NCBI GenBank assembly: GCA_965645245.1
Contig: OZ287070.1
Location: 1,116,001 to 1,180,000, forward strand
DNA from: Massalongia carnosa
Lineage: Eukaryota
Direction: 5' to 3'
Length of the DNA: 64,000 nucleotides
Shown here: piece by piece, positions 48,189 to 60,534 of the stretch
Position numbering within the stretch: position 1 is the first letter of the stretch
Layout of the letters: every line of letters starts with the position of its first letter
Notes under the pieces: generated by a model
The model's database searches: none
What the model was told of the DNA's origin: nothing
Seen by the model: only the letters and a program-made list of their open reading frames with translations
Made by a program: the position numbers and the translations under genes

Positions 48189-51100
48189 CAGGACAGAGCA
48201 TATCACACAACGATGAGATGAACTTAAAGAAAATAAATGTCAGACAGCGCAACATTGAGTCCCGAAAAGGGTTTGCATACAGCGATATCCAGACCAGTCC
48301 GGCGCCAACCCCAGAGTTTAGTCGATTAGTTGATTATACAATTGAGGCGGTGAAATGGTTATCAACAAAAAAAAAGATATGCTTGATGGTTTAATTCATG
48401 CGATATTCCAAGAAGCTCGTTGACTAATATCGATCTCGAGTGCACCAACCATGTAAGGATACCTCAGGAAAAACGAGGCATCCGCCTCAACATAAGAAAA
48501 ACCAAAACCCCTCCAAGGAACCCATCACCTAGCCAAAGTATAGTAGACAACGCGACTAATAACTCGCGCTATTCATGAGAAATAATAACAAAGGCAGATC
48601 CATTGTTGACCGCCACAAGAAATGGCGCATAGAATGCAGGAAAGCGGGCGTTGCATTTTGGAATATCACGACGAGCGCGGGTCGCGAGTCGTAGGCCGCA
48701 CACTATTGTGGTCACACCTTGTGATGGAGGAGGCTGGGGAAAGACAGCGTGTTTCGGGTGGCTTGGAAATTTCGCGGTGTATGTACAGAGTAGTTGGAGC
48801 CAATTATAAACGTGTTTCATTTCGCGCTATCGATAAAAAAAGTCAAGCGACGTGCCGAGCGCGCGGGGATCGCGTGGAAAATCTTCTACATTCTCTCACG
48901 TCGTCAAGCTTAGTGAGGAGTCGAACATCAACAGCGCGGCGGATCGACTTCAAGGAAGCATACGGAAGGCGTTTCACAGGCCGAAGAAAAGGTTTCCGGC
49001 GATTGACTTTAGAGAGACGCGCTTTTCAACCTCAGCCTACTCCTTGAAAATTCTTGTTGTTGTTGCTACCTACAGTTCGCGTCCTGGTACATGAAGATTA
49101 ACCAATCCCCTCCAATGATCGACAGTATGGTGAGACGATTCAAGGCGCATTTCGTAACTCATATTAGTTAAGTTAAAAAGCTACCGCAACGGCAATCAAC
49201 CTGGAAGGTCTTGGACAGACTTTATCCGCCCGCGAGTTTCTATGTATGCTCCGGTTGAAACCTTAAGTCTTGAGACATGTTTTGTTGGGTTAACGTGTGC
49301 CTCTTTGAGATGGAGGGACAGCTCACGAACCCCTGGTTCGCGTTTTACTTATGTATACCTTAAAGGAATATGAGAGAAGAACCAGATACATTCACAAGGC
49401 TCCTAGGAGAGCTAGTTCCTATGGGTATTTTCAATAATGTTTTTAATGCAATGTCGTTTGACTAAGGCCGCCGAAGAGTAGCAACAAGCCTTAAGTGACG
49501 AATTGGAGGGAAGCTACTCACGCGTTAGAGTGGAGATAGTGGGATGCACTGAGCAACAATGATGGGTGGTTTTAGAGGACAATGCGATTCGTCAGCCGAA
49601 TCTAAGAGAAAAAGGGATGCCGTCCTCCATGAAGTAAAGTCCATTCTTTGAATGGGAAGTAGTGAGGCTTTTGGTGCTTTGGTTTAAGGATATTTGTAAG
49701 GTAAGTTATTTCCAAAATTAAGGCCGAAACATCACCTTCTACCTTATACAATAAGACTTCCAACGTGGCAATTGAGCTTTTTACTTTCTCAGCCGCTTTA
49801 CTTAGCCTGGACATTATGAGAATACATTCCGATTTATAGCTACTCATTCATGTAGCTATACGTTTTATCGATCATGCAAATATGCATTCCACTGTCTTCG
49901 TGTATGTCTTTATTCAATCAATCACTAAATTCATGTCCCAGTTGATTTTTCAGTCAATCTTTTCGTTGAGACTCTATTTCGTCAACCTTACTGTATTTTT
50001 CTTCAATTAAATACCTTCATGAAGACTTGAGTGACCGATTGACCCCACGACTCAAGCAGATGATTAAACGGGGCAGATGGCCCGCATGTGCATGGATAGA
50101 AGCAGGGTGTACTTCTAATCATTCCAAAATTATAACTTGAAATGTTTGCATTAGCATATTACAAGAGAAACGCTACGAAGTCCTCATTCGCTAGGATAAA
50201 AGGGATAGAATATTTGAAGTCTTTCGCAAATCTTTCACATGTCGGTGCCTCCCAAGCATTATCTACAAGATACGCCCTCAAATTTCAGTTCTCGCTTGGT
50301 TCTTGTCTTGTCTTCCTTACTACCAGCTACTTGGCTCAAGGATAAAAATACACACAGACAAATATTTTCAATAAAACAGATACAATGTGCGTCCCTACAA
50401 ATATATTTCTCCAGTATTTATCTACCTCGAAAACCGCAACCCATGTGGACCAAACCCAATATGGTGGGTATGTTAGCGGATCATCAAGCCTCGGATCTCA
50501 GGGAAGTGACGCATGGCTTTTGTGGAAAGACCCCCTAATTGCCACATCGGTCACAACGACCATTGGAGGAGTAATCCCAACCACAAACGTGACAGCCGAG
50601 AGTGTCTGGTATAAACGGCTTGGAGGGGGTGCGCTTCTTGCTATCCATAGGCGGAACTGGATGTTTATCTGTTCGGTCTACTATCTTGTTCGGATCTGCA
50701 GTGGATTTTTGGGCGAGAATATCTTGCTTGCCAATCGCTGCAGGTGCCGGGTTTGCATCCCTCAAATGATCCATAGCTCTGAAATTAGAATTTGCGGATA
50801 TCGAAACTCGATTTCTCAGACTATCCAACGTTAGACAAGTGCTCACATCGAATATTTACCTTGTAGCATACAAAACCAACCATTACTCACCGTTTCTTGT
50901 ATTTCCTTCCTAACTGAAAAAGCCAGAATAAAAGTATCCAAGCTCGAAGGTTTCAAAATTAGGGAAACAAGTATGTTTGAGCCCTAGTTTCGGTGTACTG
51001 AAGTTTTGTCAATACACGGAAACATTAATCTACGTATGTTGGGATTTTCACTTATATCTATTGACAAAGAATATGAAAGCAGTGATGCGATCATTAAGGA

Positions 51101-53343
51101 CCGATCATTTGGGATAGCAAACAATCATCAGAGATATACTTGTGTGTTGGCTCTTTCTCCAGAAACCAAGGCAGAATATGTGTTCATTGTGGTGAAGTAC
51201 ACGCAACCAAACAGCCACATCAGCGTTGCTCGAAATTCTAAGTGTTTCACTGTTGGGTCTTGTGGTTTACATGACCTTGTTACAAGGAAATTAATCATTC
51301 ACACATCACCACCCAAAGTTGGTTTCACGAATGCCGGAACAAGTACATTGGAAATATGTTTAGCTCCTCTCTCCTCGGCTCCTTGTATTTGCACACATTT
51401 TTATTGCTACGTTGGCCCCTCCTTTGCTTCCCCGGTATTTTCTGTATGATGTTTGGATTAACGTATCGATCATAAAATGAAGAGCTGCTAAAGCTTTTAT
51501 TTCTTTTGCTATTGGCCTTGTTGTCTAAGTTGTTTGTTATTTCCTATGCTCCTTTAGCTGTTCATCTCATGCTTTCCAGGGCGGTCTATACCTTTCAAAC
51601 TCCACACCGCCAGTCCCGCTAGATGTCCGCTTCGATCACTTAAGCCAATACACCAAAGGATAGCAGTGATAAGGGAAGTATAGAGAAATTGCCATCTTAC
51701 TATTCACTATATAATTCGTAGAATCACGAATTGCTCGATTTCTGTTCCTAACCCTGCTGAACAATGAATTCCGCTTCAAGGATCAATGTTTTTTTGGTCT
51801 TCGACAAGGTTGCGGCCATAATAAGTGTGAATAATTGTACTAAAACGCAGCCGAAGTCAGTTTTTGTCCAGGCCAATACCATGTTCACTAATGGTTACAG
51901 TCAGTGAAGCATGCCCAAAATTCTAAGAGCACAGCGTTTTGTCGGGTTGTTAACCTGTTTTTTGGTGGCTCTTGTGAGTGAAGCATACCTTAATGCCAGT
52001 GAATATAGGATCTGAGAAGAGTGCTGCCATGGCCGCTAGTGGTGCTTACCTCCCTAGTGAGGTCTCTCTCAAGCTGAAGTAGAGTTTCGACCGCAGAACT
52101 CAATCCATAGGGGTCCATAAAGAGGGCTTGATCTGCTGTTTGGGAGGGGCATCTCATTCCATAGATGCTGTTCCAGTCAATCTCCTTTATACCCAATCAA
52201 CCATTATCCCATACCAACTCTTACACTTTCCTTTACGCCCAAGGCTCCATACCCTGAATCATCCACCCAATCATCCCCCCAACAATAAACCTCAATACAT
52301 TCTGCACCATTTCCTGCATTGCCCGTCCCTGTAATCACACAACTGTGCCAGTTTCTGTTCCCAGATCATTCAGTTGATCTCCTTTCAGAGCCTGCATTGA
52401 ACCCCCCTACCCCCCCAGTTCTCAACGCGTCAACACTAAGATGTCGGACTGGACAGCGATGCTCCACAAAGTACTGATAGCGAGATATCCATACCGAATA
52501 CTCAAGAATTGAACACAAGTGAGGTTGAAGACGGGGAGCACGAAGGTGACATGGAACATGAAGGGCGAATACACCCTATTGGTGCACTTGATCGGCTTAC
52601 AGTCAGTGGCATGTATTTAGACAGCCCATTACTGAACTGAAAACATGCCGCCATTTTTCTGAATAGCATTTTGGAATATGACTAGATTACAAATCTTACA
52701 GGAGAGCAAGCACTTAAGGTGTTCAGAAAAAATCATAAATAACTGGCCGGACGTTGTTAGAAGGTGGACCAAATTATGGCTCGAAAGTTGTGGCTATGCA
52801 ACGGAACATGAAGGCCAGTCTTGCTGCCGCACTTGTTTGGCGTTGGGGGACTTTCCGATGCAGACTTGAGCGCAATTATCGTTGCCCACCAGTTTTTGAA
52901 AAGAAGGGATTTCTCTCCAGAGATGGCTAGAATCTTTCGGCATAAAGCTGCCAATTGATGCCCTTTTGGAGATCAGAGCAAAGGATGTGGAGGAGATAAA
53001 TGATTATCTAGAGGGCACGAGGCCACGGGTATTTTTACAATGGGGCATAAATCCCGACTCATAAATTATCGAGTGGATGCAAGACTTGATGGCTAGACTA
53101 GGGGAAGCAGAAGAACAACCTTATTCGAGCGACCTTTGAAGGACTACACACACGGGGAAAGCCGGTTCAAGGCTTAAAGTAGCTGGTGGATGAAAGATGG
53201 AGGTTGGTGTGAGCTGATGGATTTCTTTATATATCTGCAAACTGCATGTAAAATGTGCTTGTCTTTTTAGCCCAGTATAGACCATTGTGTATTTATATTG
53301 ACCTGCTTTTTCCAAAGGGTTTCCCAATTCCTATAAGATTATC

Positions 53344-53403
53344 CTACACTCATAGAATCCAAGTTTGATTTCTCTACACTCATAGAATCCAAGTTTGATT
53401 TCT
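53344..53403. repeat. Perfect 30-bp tandem duplication
   Basis: CTACACTCATAGAATCCAAGTTTGATTTCT x2. Confidence 0.95.
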
Positions 53404-54295
53404 TCAGAGTTCTCTATCAACTGCTGTTTCCATTTGGATTACCGGAGCTGCATTGCCCATGTATTTTTCGACGTGTTCTTTGAAAAGTCAGTACGTAATT
53501 GTCCTCGAGATCATGCATATTGGTGGTAATAGCTTTTTCACACACTTGTGATTTCTTCACGTTGCAAAACATGGGTTAGGGGTTCTTCTTTGCTGTCGAA
53601 GCGTGTCAATTCATGGAGGACAGAGTGCAGAGTGGAGAGAGCCTAGGGAAATATATTACAACGTAGGGTGCCCGGTTAGGTGGCAGGTGGTTAAATGGGG
53701 ACGTTCCCGATGGGAGTGGACATGCTACGCCAATAACCGAACCAGTTGGCACATGGTCCACCCCTAACTAGATAGGTAGAGAGAAGTCTCGTCACTCCCA
53801 TGGGCTAACCAAATATGATATGTACGCTTCCGGATACAGCGTCCGGAATTAACCGCCAGTCCTTGTCCGACTTCTATGTTCAAAGTTTCCTGACGATACA
53901 TCTGCGGGTGCATCTAAGGCAGAAGGCTTTCTTTCTGTCGCTACTCCAATTCCCTGTTAGAATGCCTCAGGTTCCGCCCCCAAACTGTACCATCGATTAG
54001 GATATTCCCGCTTAAATCTATCAAAGCGCGGTGTCCATTCGCTTTGCTAGATTTGCATCTTCATTCCAAAAGCTGCCTCTTTCCTGACGGCCGCCGTGGA
54101 CATATCTTCGATGTAAGCAAGAAAGCCGCTTCATTTCTAATATGGAATGCTACGGGACATAAATGGAATTGCCCTCAACAAATAACGCCGACGCCTGTGC
54201 GGACACCACCGATAGAGAACGAAGACTGGAAGTAACACCTGTGCATTGGAGAGCTGGCACCAAGCTTGCTCTAAACAGGGTAAAGATCTCTTGAG

Positions 54296-57200
54296 ATGCG
54301 TATCCCGATCCGAGAGCAGCTGGGTCTGCTTGTGCTCCTTACATCTTTGATAGCCCTTGCTGTGGTAGCAATCGCCACGGTGAGCTTGTCCAACAAACGT
54401 ACTTGGTATACATGGTGAGATGCTGATGGATGGAGGGAACAGTGGGTGAATAATTATAGTTTCGTAGTTGAAAATAGGTAAGGGCTTTCATGATGCCACA
54501 TTATTGAACACATTGCGGTTGCTAACGAAAAAAAGGTTGTCGAGTCTTTCCCTGACTGCGGCATTCTACGCAAGCCAGCTTAATTCAAACCTCGTCCTCC
54601 TGCAATCAAGCGTGCAGGCTATTTCTACCCGTGTTCTCATACAAAGTGCTTTGCAACGCTACGACAGCGGCAATAACTCTGTGGAAAACTGGACTCGACC
54701 GCAGGTGGATCTTGAAAGTGCGATTGCGGGAGTAGGAACATCAGCCTTACTCCTACAAACGCGAATAGTTTCAAAGAATGGTACTGGGGACGGAGGGCCA
54801 TACGGCTTGTTGAATGTTACAGGTCTTTCCGTTCCGGGGCAAATTAAGCTGCCGTACGTACAAAATGATGGGACTCCAGTATACTTGGGTGATGATGGCC
54901 TGGGTTATCCGCCTACTCTATACCCGAATCTTACCTACACCTCGACCGTCATCAACAGTACGTTCAACGAATCTACAGCGTTCTTCCGCGGCACCCAGCT
55001 CTATAGTAACTCTTCGCTCGTCTTGGGTCCTTTCATTGTCAATGAATCATTCGCATTGCTCTCTATAACTATGCCTATCATAAATAACACTTCTGCTACT
55101 GACATCCTAGGGTGGTTGTCGGTGGTTACCAATGGAAAACTACTCTTCGATGTTGAGGAGTCTGTCGCTGGTCTAGGTGGCACGGGAGAAATCTTAATAA
55201 TAGGGCCAGATACACCAGATAATAAACTCCCACCAGAACTACAGAGAAATAAAGCTACTAAGGTTAACCGCACGTTAGCAAAATCTCAGAAAGTAAGATT
55301 CGTTCTTCCGCCTTTACAGAATCTTTCACGAAGCTCCCGTCATCCGGCTCACGCGTACGGGGCTTCAGACGCGCCTTTTGAGATGCAGAAATATCCTGCG
55401 ATCCTTGATGCTAATACCAATACCAACCACCAAGTCCAGAATGCTGGAAGCATTCTCTCTACGCATAACGAGGAGAATAAGAAGGTCTCAGTTGGGTTTG
55501 CCCTGACGTTGTTTCCGATGGTTGATTGGGTAGTCCTATTGGAGCAATCCCATAGCGAGGTAATCGCGCCCATTAATCGGCTAAGGAATGTCCTGGTCGC
55601 TTGCGTCTTTGGGACCACCGGTGTTCTGCTTCTTCTTGTGTTCCCCATTGCCCATCTGTCTGTCCTGCCAATCAGGAGACTACGGGAGGCCACCAAAAAG
55701 ACTGTCGAGCCTTATAGATACCCGTCTGATGATGACAGCATTCGAACATCGGTTTCCGAAGATGGCGATAGAATTGGATCAGGAGAAGAAGATACAGTAG
55801 CGGTCGCGAGGAAGGAAGGGTTCATCGGGCGAATGTCTCACTGGAGAAATGGACATCGTAAAAGTAAGGCTCAACGTCGAGAACATTTGCGCCGGCAGAC
55901 TTTTCGTATTCCAGGAAAAGTACATGACAGAAAACATTTGGTGCACGATGAACTGACTGATCTTACAAAAACGTTTAATGAGATGTCTGAGGAACTAGTG
56001 ATGCAATACGAGCGGCTTGAGGAACGGGTTAAGGAGCGAACGCAAGAGCTCGAAATTAGTAAAAAGGCGGCTGAAGCTGCGAATGAGAGCAAGACCCTTT
56101 TCATTGCGAACATCTCCCACGAGCTCAAAACGCCATTGAATGGGATTCTAGGTATGACTGCGGTTTGTTTGCAAGAGGATGATCACAGCAAGATTAAACG
56201 ATCTTTGAAAATAATTTATAAATCTGGCGATCTCTTGCTCCATCTTCTGACGGATCTTCTTACATTTTCTAAAAATCAGATAGGTCAGCAACTCACCTTG
56301 GATGAGAGAGAATTCCGCTTGTCAGAAATCAGCTCTCAGATTCTTTCAATTTTCGAGAAACAAGCTAAGGACGGATCCATTAATTTAAAGGTCAAGTTTC
56401 AAGGGCCACAAGACAATCCTGAGGACGCTTCGGGAGCTCTGCTACCAAATGGTATTGGTCCTTATGGAATGGGACGGGTGAGGGACATGTCCGTTTGGGG
56501 AGATCAGCACAGAATATTACAAGTCATCATTAACCTTGTAAGTAATAGCTTGAAATTTACACCCCCGAACGGTTCTATAGAGGTTCGAATTAGGTGTGTC
56601 GGTGAAGCCATAGAAAATGCGGAAAGTCGCAAAGGCTCGATGCACTCCAAGCAGTCTAGACAATTTTCATCAGGGTCGAAAATGCGGGGCCGTATAACGT
56701 CGGAGTCAAACTCATCGGCATCGCCTATGGCCAGGGACCGTGAAAAGGCAAGATATTCCGATACGGCGCTCCATATTAATGGGAAGGAACCAAAGGTGGT
56801 ACCAAGCGTTGCCATTCGTGAACGTTCTTCTTCACCGCCGCCACACAATGCTAGAACCCTGATTTTTGAGTTTGAGGTGGAAGATACTGGGCCGGGTATC
56901 CCGGACAGCCAACAACAGCGCGTTTTTGAGCCTTTCATGCAAGGGGACCTTGGACTCAGCAAAAAGTATGGTGGGACAGGCCTTGGTTTGAGTATATGTT
57001 CACAGCTTGCCGGTTTGATGAAAGGATCAATCGTTCTTAAAAGCCAAGAAGGGGTTGGAAGTAAATTCACAATGAAGATCCCAATGATTTACACCAAAGA
57101 GCGGGCGGACAGCACTACAAGTTCCGTTCACAATGGGGCGTCTCAGCGCAACAGCTTGAATATCCCGGCGCTCATGGATGAATCACAAACGCCTCAGAGG

Positions 57201-57985
57201 AACAGGTCTACATCTGACCTGTCCATACATTCAACGGAGGGTGCCGCAACGATAAATGCTTTCGACAAGCCTGCCAAACCCCGATTGGTTGGTTTGAGTC
57301 AGCCTTTCTTTGCTGCAACTTCCCCGTTGGAATCGTCCGAGAAGCAACTTGCGGCCATAGAGCGCGTGGCTGCGCAAGCATCACGGAGGGGTGCTAAAGT
57401 AAGGGTTCTGGTAGCGGAGGACAATCCGGTAAACCAAGAAGTTGTGCTTCGAATGCTAAAGCTTGAGGACATATATGGTATGTGTTCATTGGGTGCAGTA
57501 AAGGTGATTTAAGTGATATATATTAACCAACTGCAGATGTTACTGTTGCAAAAGATGGGCAAGAAGCATTCGATCTTGTCAAACAGAGTATGGCAGACAG
57601 GAATTTCTTTAACTTAATCTTCATGGATGTACAGGTTCGTTTACAATGTTTCCTCCGCCTATGCCGGGTATAAGTAGCTTCGGGGATGACATAACTGATG
57701 GTTTAAACTGCGCAGATGCCCATCCTAGACGGTCTCCAAAGTACTCGCCTTATCCGCGAAATGGGCTTTTCGGCCCCCATCGTCGCTCTTACGGCCTTTG
57801 CTGAAGAAAGCAATGTTAAAGAGTGTATGAACTCTGGCATGGATTTCTTCCTACCAAAACCCATCCGAAGGCCTGCTCTAAAGCAGGTTCTAAAACGGTA
57901 CTGTGCTACTATTCCCGAAGCGGCTGAGGAAGTAGACAAAGACTCAGGGATAGCCAAAGATGATACCATATCGCCGCTGTCATGA
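54296..57985 (+). CDS. SLN1: Membrane hybrid histidine kinase, Sln1/TcsB type; introns 54380-54442, 54478-54535, 57478-57536, 57635-57715
   Basis: N-terminal TM ([15 protein letters not shown]), extracellular loop, second TM plus HAMP, H-box [16 protein letters not shown]1/F/G2 boxes, receiver 'VLVAEDN..FMDVQMP..IVALTA..PKP'. Confidence 0.93.
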
Positions 57986-59159
57986 GCTCATCGCGTCTAT
58001 CTCCGATGGACTTTACTTGTTCATAATCGCAACTTTAATTGACATTCTTCCTAAGAGCATTCATAGCGTCTTAAGGTGCCTTCATTTACCCCCCCCGACT
58101 TTTCCACCATCTCAAAAAACTTCCGTACCAGCTACTTAACTAGCCCAGTTAAGCCCAAGTGAGATGAATAGAGATGAGGGTTTCTTAGACTTGCTATGGG
58201 AAAGAACTCCGGGGCGGAGTCCCAAATGGCTTCAAAATTGTAGCTGGATTACCAAATACAATATGTTATTCGACAATTCTTGGATAGAGAAATCCAACAC
58301 AAGGTCTGTGTTAGCTGAAAGAAATCTACTTCAAATTTTCCATTGTTTTTCCCCTTTTTTACGAAACCTTTTCCATGGGAAAAGAGAAGTATGATACTAG
58401 GTTTCTGCCAAGGGTATATAAGGGATGGCCGGATTCTTTTTGATGATTGGCGTTTGGAGTTCCATTGCAATTCCATCTTATCAGACAAAAGGAAGCGTAA
58501 GGAAGGGGGGGAAGAGGATTGAAGGAGGGTTCGGCCTGTTCGTTGTATACCCGCTACTTAGCGAGAGTTTTCCAAAGGGCCATATGCAGGCTAGATATGT
58601 TTCGTGGCTGTTCTGATGTATAAGGAACATGGAGTGGGCGATTGGAGTACCTAGAGAATGGATGAAAAAAATCCGAGTTTCCAGTCTCATCCCAGCTGAA
58701 TTGGAGTGTTTTCACCCACTTTGTATTTGCAACCCTATCCTATCTAGCCCGCTAGGTACACGCCCTATTTATTCTTTCATCGATAATTACGAAAGGAGCA
58801 CCTCACTCCACGCTATTCCCGTAACATCCATTCTGTAATAAATAACCACGTGCCTGCCCGGAAAGGTTAGCCGTCAAAATATTCATCTAGATCGACTAAC
58901 ATTGAACTCAACAACGCCTTTCTTTAATTTTTGATTTCTTCAATACATCCTTTGCCACGGAGTTCAAAGGTCACAGTTACAGAGTACAAATTGATTCGAC
59001 GCGACAAATCTACAGCTATCGCGTGAATAGAAAGTGGATGATCGGCAGCTAGTAATTACGCCAGTCGGACAGACTACCTATCTAAGTACTCTGTATCTTA
59101 TACCTACCACTTGCCAACCTCAGCGACCGCAACTGAACCGCCAAGAAATTGTCCGTACG

Positions 59160-60534
59160 ATGTCGAAATCACTCATGGATACACCGTCACCGCATCCCGA
59201 CCTTCATCGGAACCGCCTACCAAGCCTCTTCGAGGTGCTAAGTCGGCAAACCCTACCGCCTGTGGATCTCTTTTCCTTTTACATCTTCATGCGCGACCAG
59301 CAACGATCAGTAGATTATCTAGATTTTTGGTGAGCGGAGCATCATACCAATTCAAGCTCAATGGTATTGTAACAGAAGTCTAACCCTAATGGTTTGCAGG
59401 CTTGATGTTGCTCAGCACATGTCCCTTTGCCGGCACTATGTGCGAGACCTCCGTCGATCAGTTCTGGTTGAGACACCCGACCTCGAGAAACAGGGCTCCA
59501 AGCGATCATCCTATGTGCTCGATCACATGGCGGAGATGAACGAACCGTCAGGCCCATCCGGCCTTAGCGCCGACGAAAAGATGAAAGACGCCCATCTCTC
59601 CGCATATCTACGTCAAGACAACGGGAACGGAACTGGAACTGGAAATAGAAATGGAGATATAAATAGAAATGGGAATGGGAATGGATACGGGAATAATCAC
59701 TCCACCCATAGTAGTCTATCATCGCAAAAGTCTGAGCTTCGAGCGGATCGCGGCATCAAGAAAAACGGCGAACGCCCACCCCGCGCCAGCTTCATGAGCA
59801 GCAATAACACGCCCGGGCGAACCAACTCAGGATCCCCAGCACACACTGTCGCTCGCGCCGACATTCGAGCCAGCGCGGAAAAAATCCTTTATACATTTTT
59901 GCTTCCGGGCTCGGAACGAGAGATCATTCTTCCACAGGGAATCTTAAACGACATTACCACCTCCATTGAAGAGCATGGCCGCGACGACCCAGAAGTTTTT
60001 GATGCGGCAAAAGACTACACATTCCAAGCCATGGAACGCGACGCTTTCCCCGGCTTTCTGCGTGCCAAAGCTCTGGGCAACCTTGTGCCGCCAAGCTCCT
60101 TCCTCCGCCTCGTGATCGGGCTGATCAGCCTCTTCGGCGCCTTCTGGGCAGGCTTCATCTTTATCCTGCAAGACCAACCAAAACATATTCGTTGCTTGGT
60201 AACCTTGCCCCATATCTCTTCCCCCTCCCTTCCCTTGGAAAAGAAAACCCCACACCAAAAAAGCCAACTGACAAACCTCTCTCTCTTTTAAACACAGCTC
60301 ATTCTCCCCTTCACCCTTGGCATCTACTGCCTCTCCAGCAACCAGTACGGTATCGATCCCCTCCTCGCGCTTGCCGGCTTGAGCGAATATACCTTCCTGA
60401 ACTGGTCGCGCATCCGTGAGCCGTACGTGCGCTCCCTGATGACTAAGAGGGCGCTTATGGTGTTGTTCGTTACGGTGCTGGTGGGCGTTTGCGTGATTGT
60501 TCTATTCATTTTCGTGCCGGGTAAGCGGCTTTAG
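59160..60534 (+). CDS. RAX1: RGS-domain membrane protein, Rax1 (RgsB) type; introns 59330-59399 and 60199-60297
   Basis: 'RLPSLFEVLSRQTLPPVDLFSFYIFMRDQQRSVDYLDFW', 'GRDDPEVFDAAKDYTFQAMERDAFPGFL', C-terminal TM helices ending VPGKRL*. Confidence 0.9.

Noticed and set aside
59381..59389. TAACCCTAA telomere/telomerase-template-like motif (also degenerate CCCTAAA at ~33601)
   Set aside because: Single short copies; the first is the branch-site region of a RAX1 intron.
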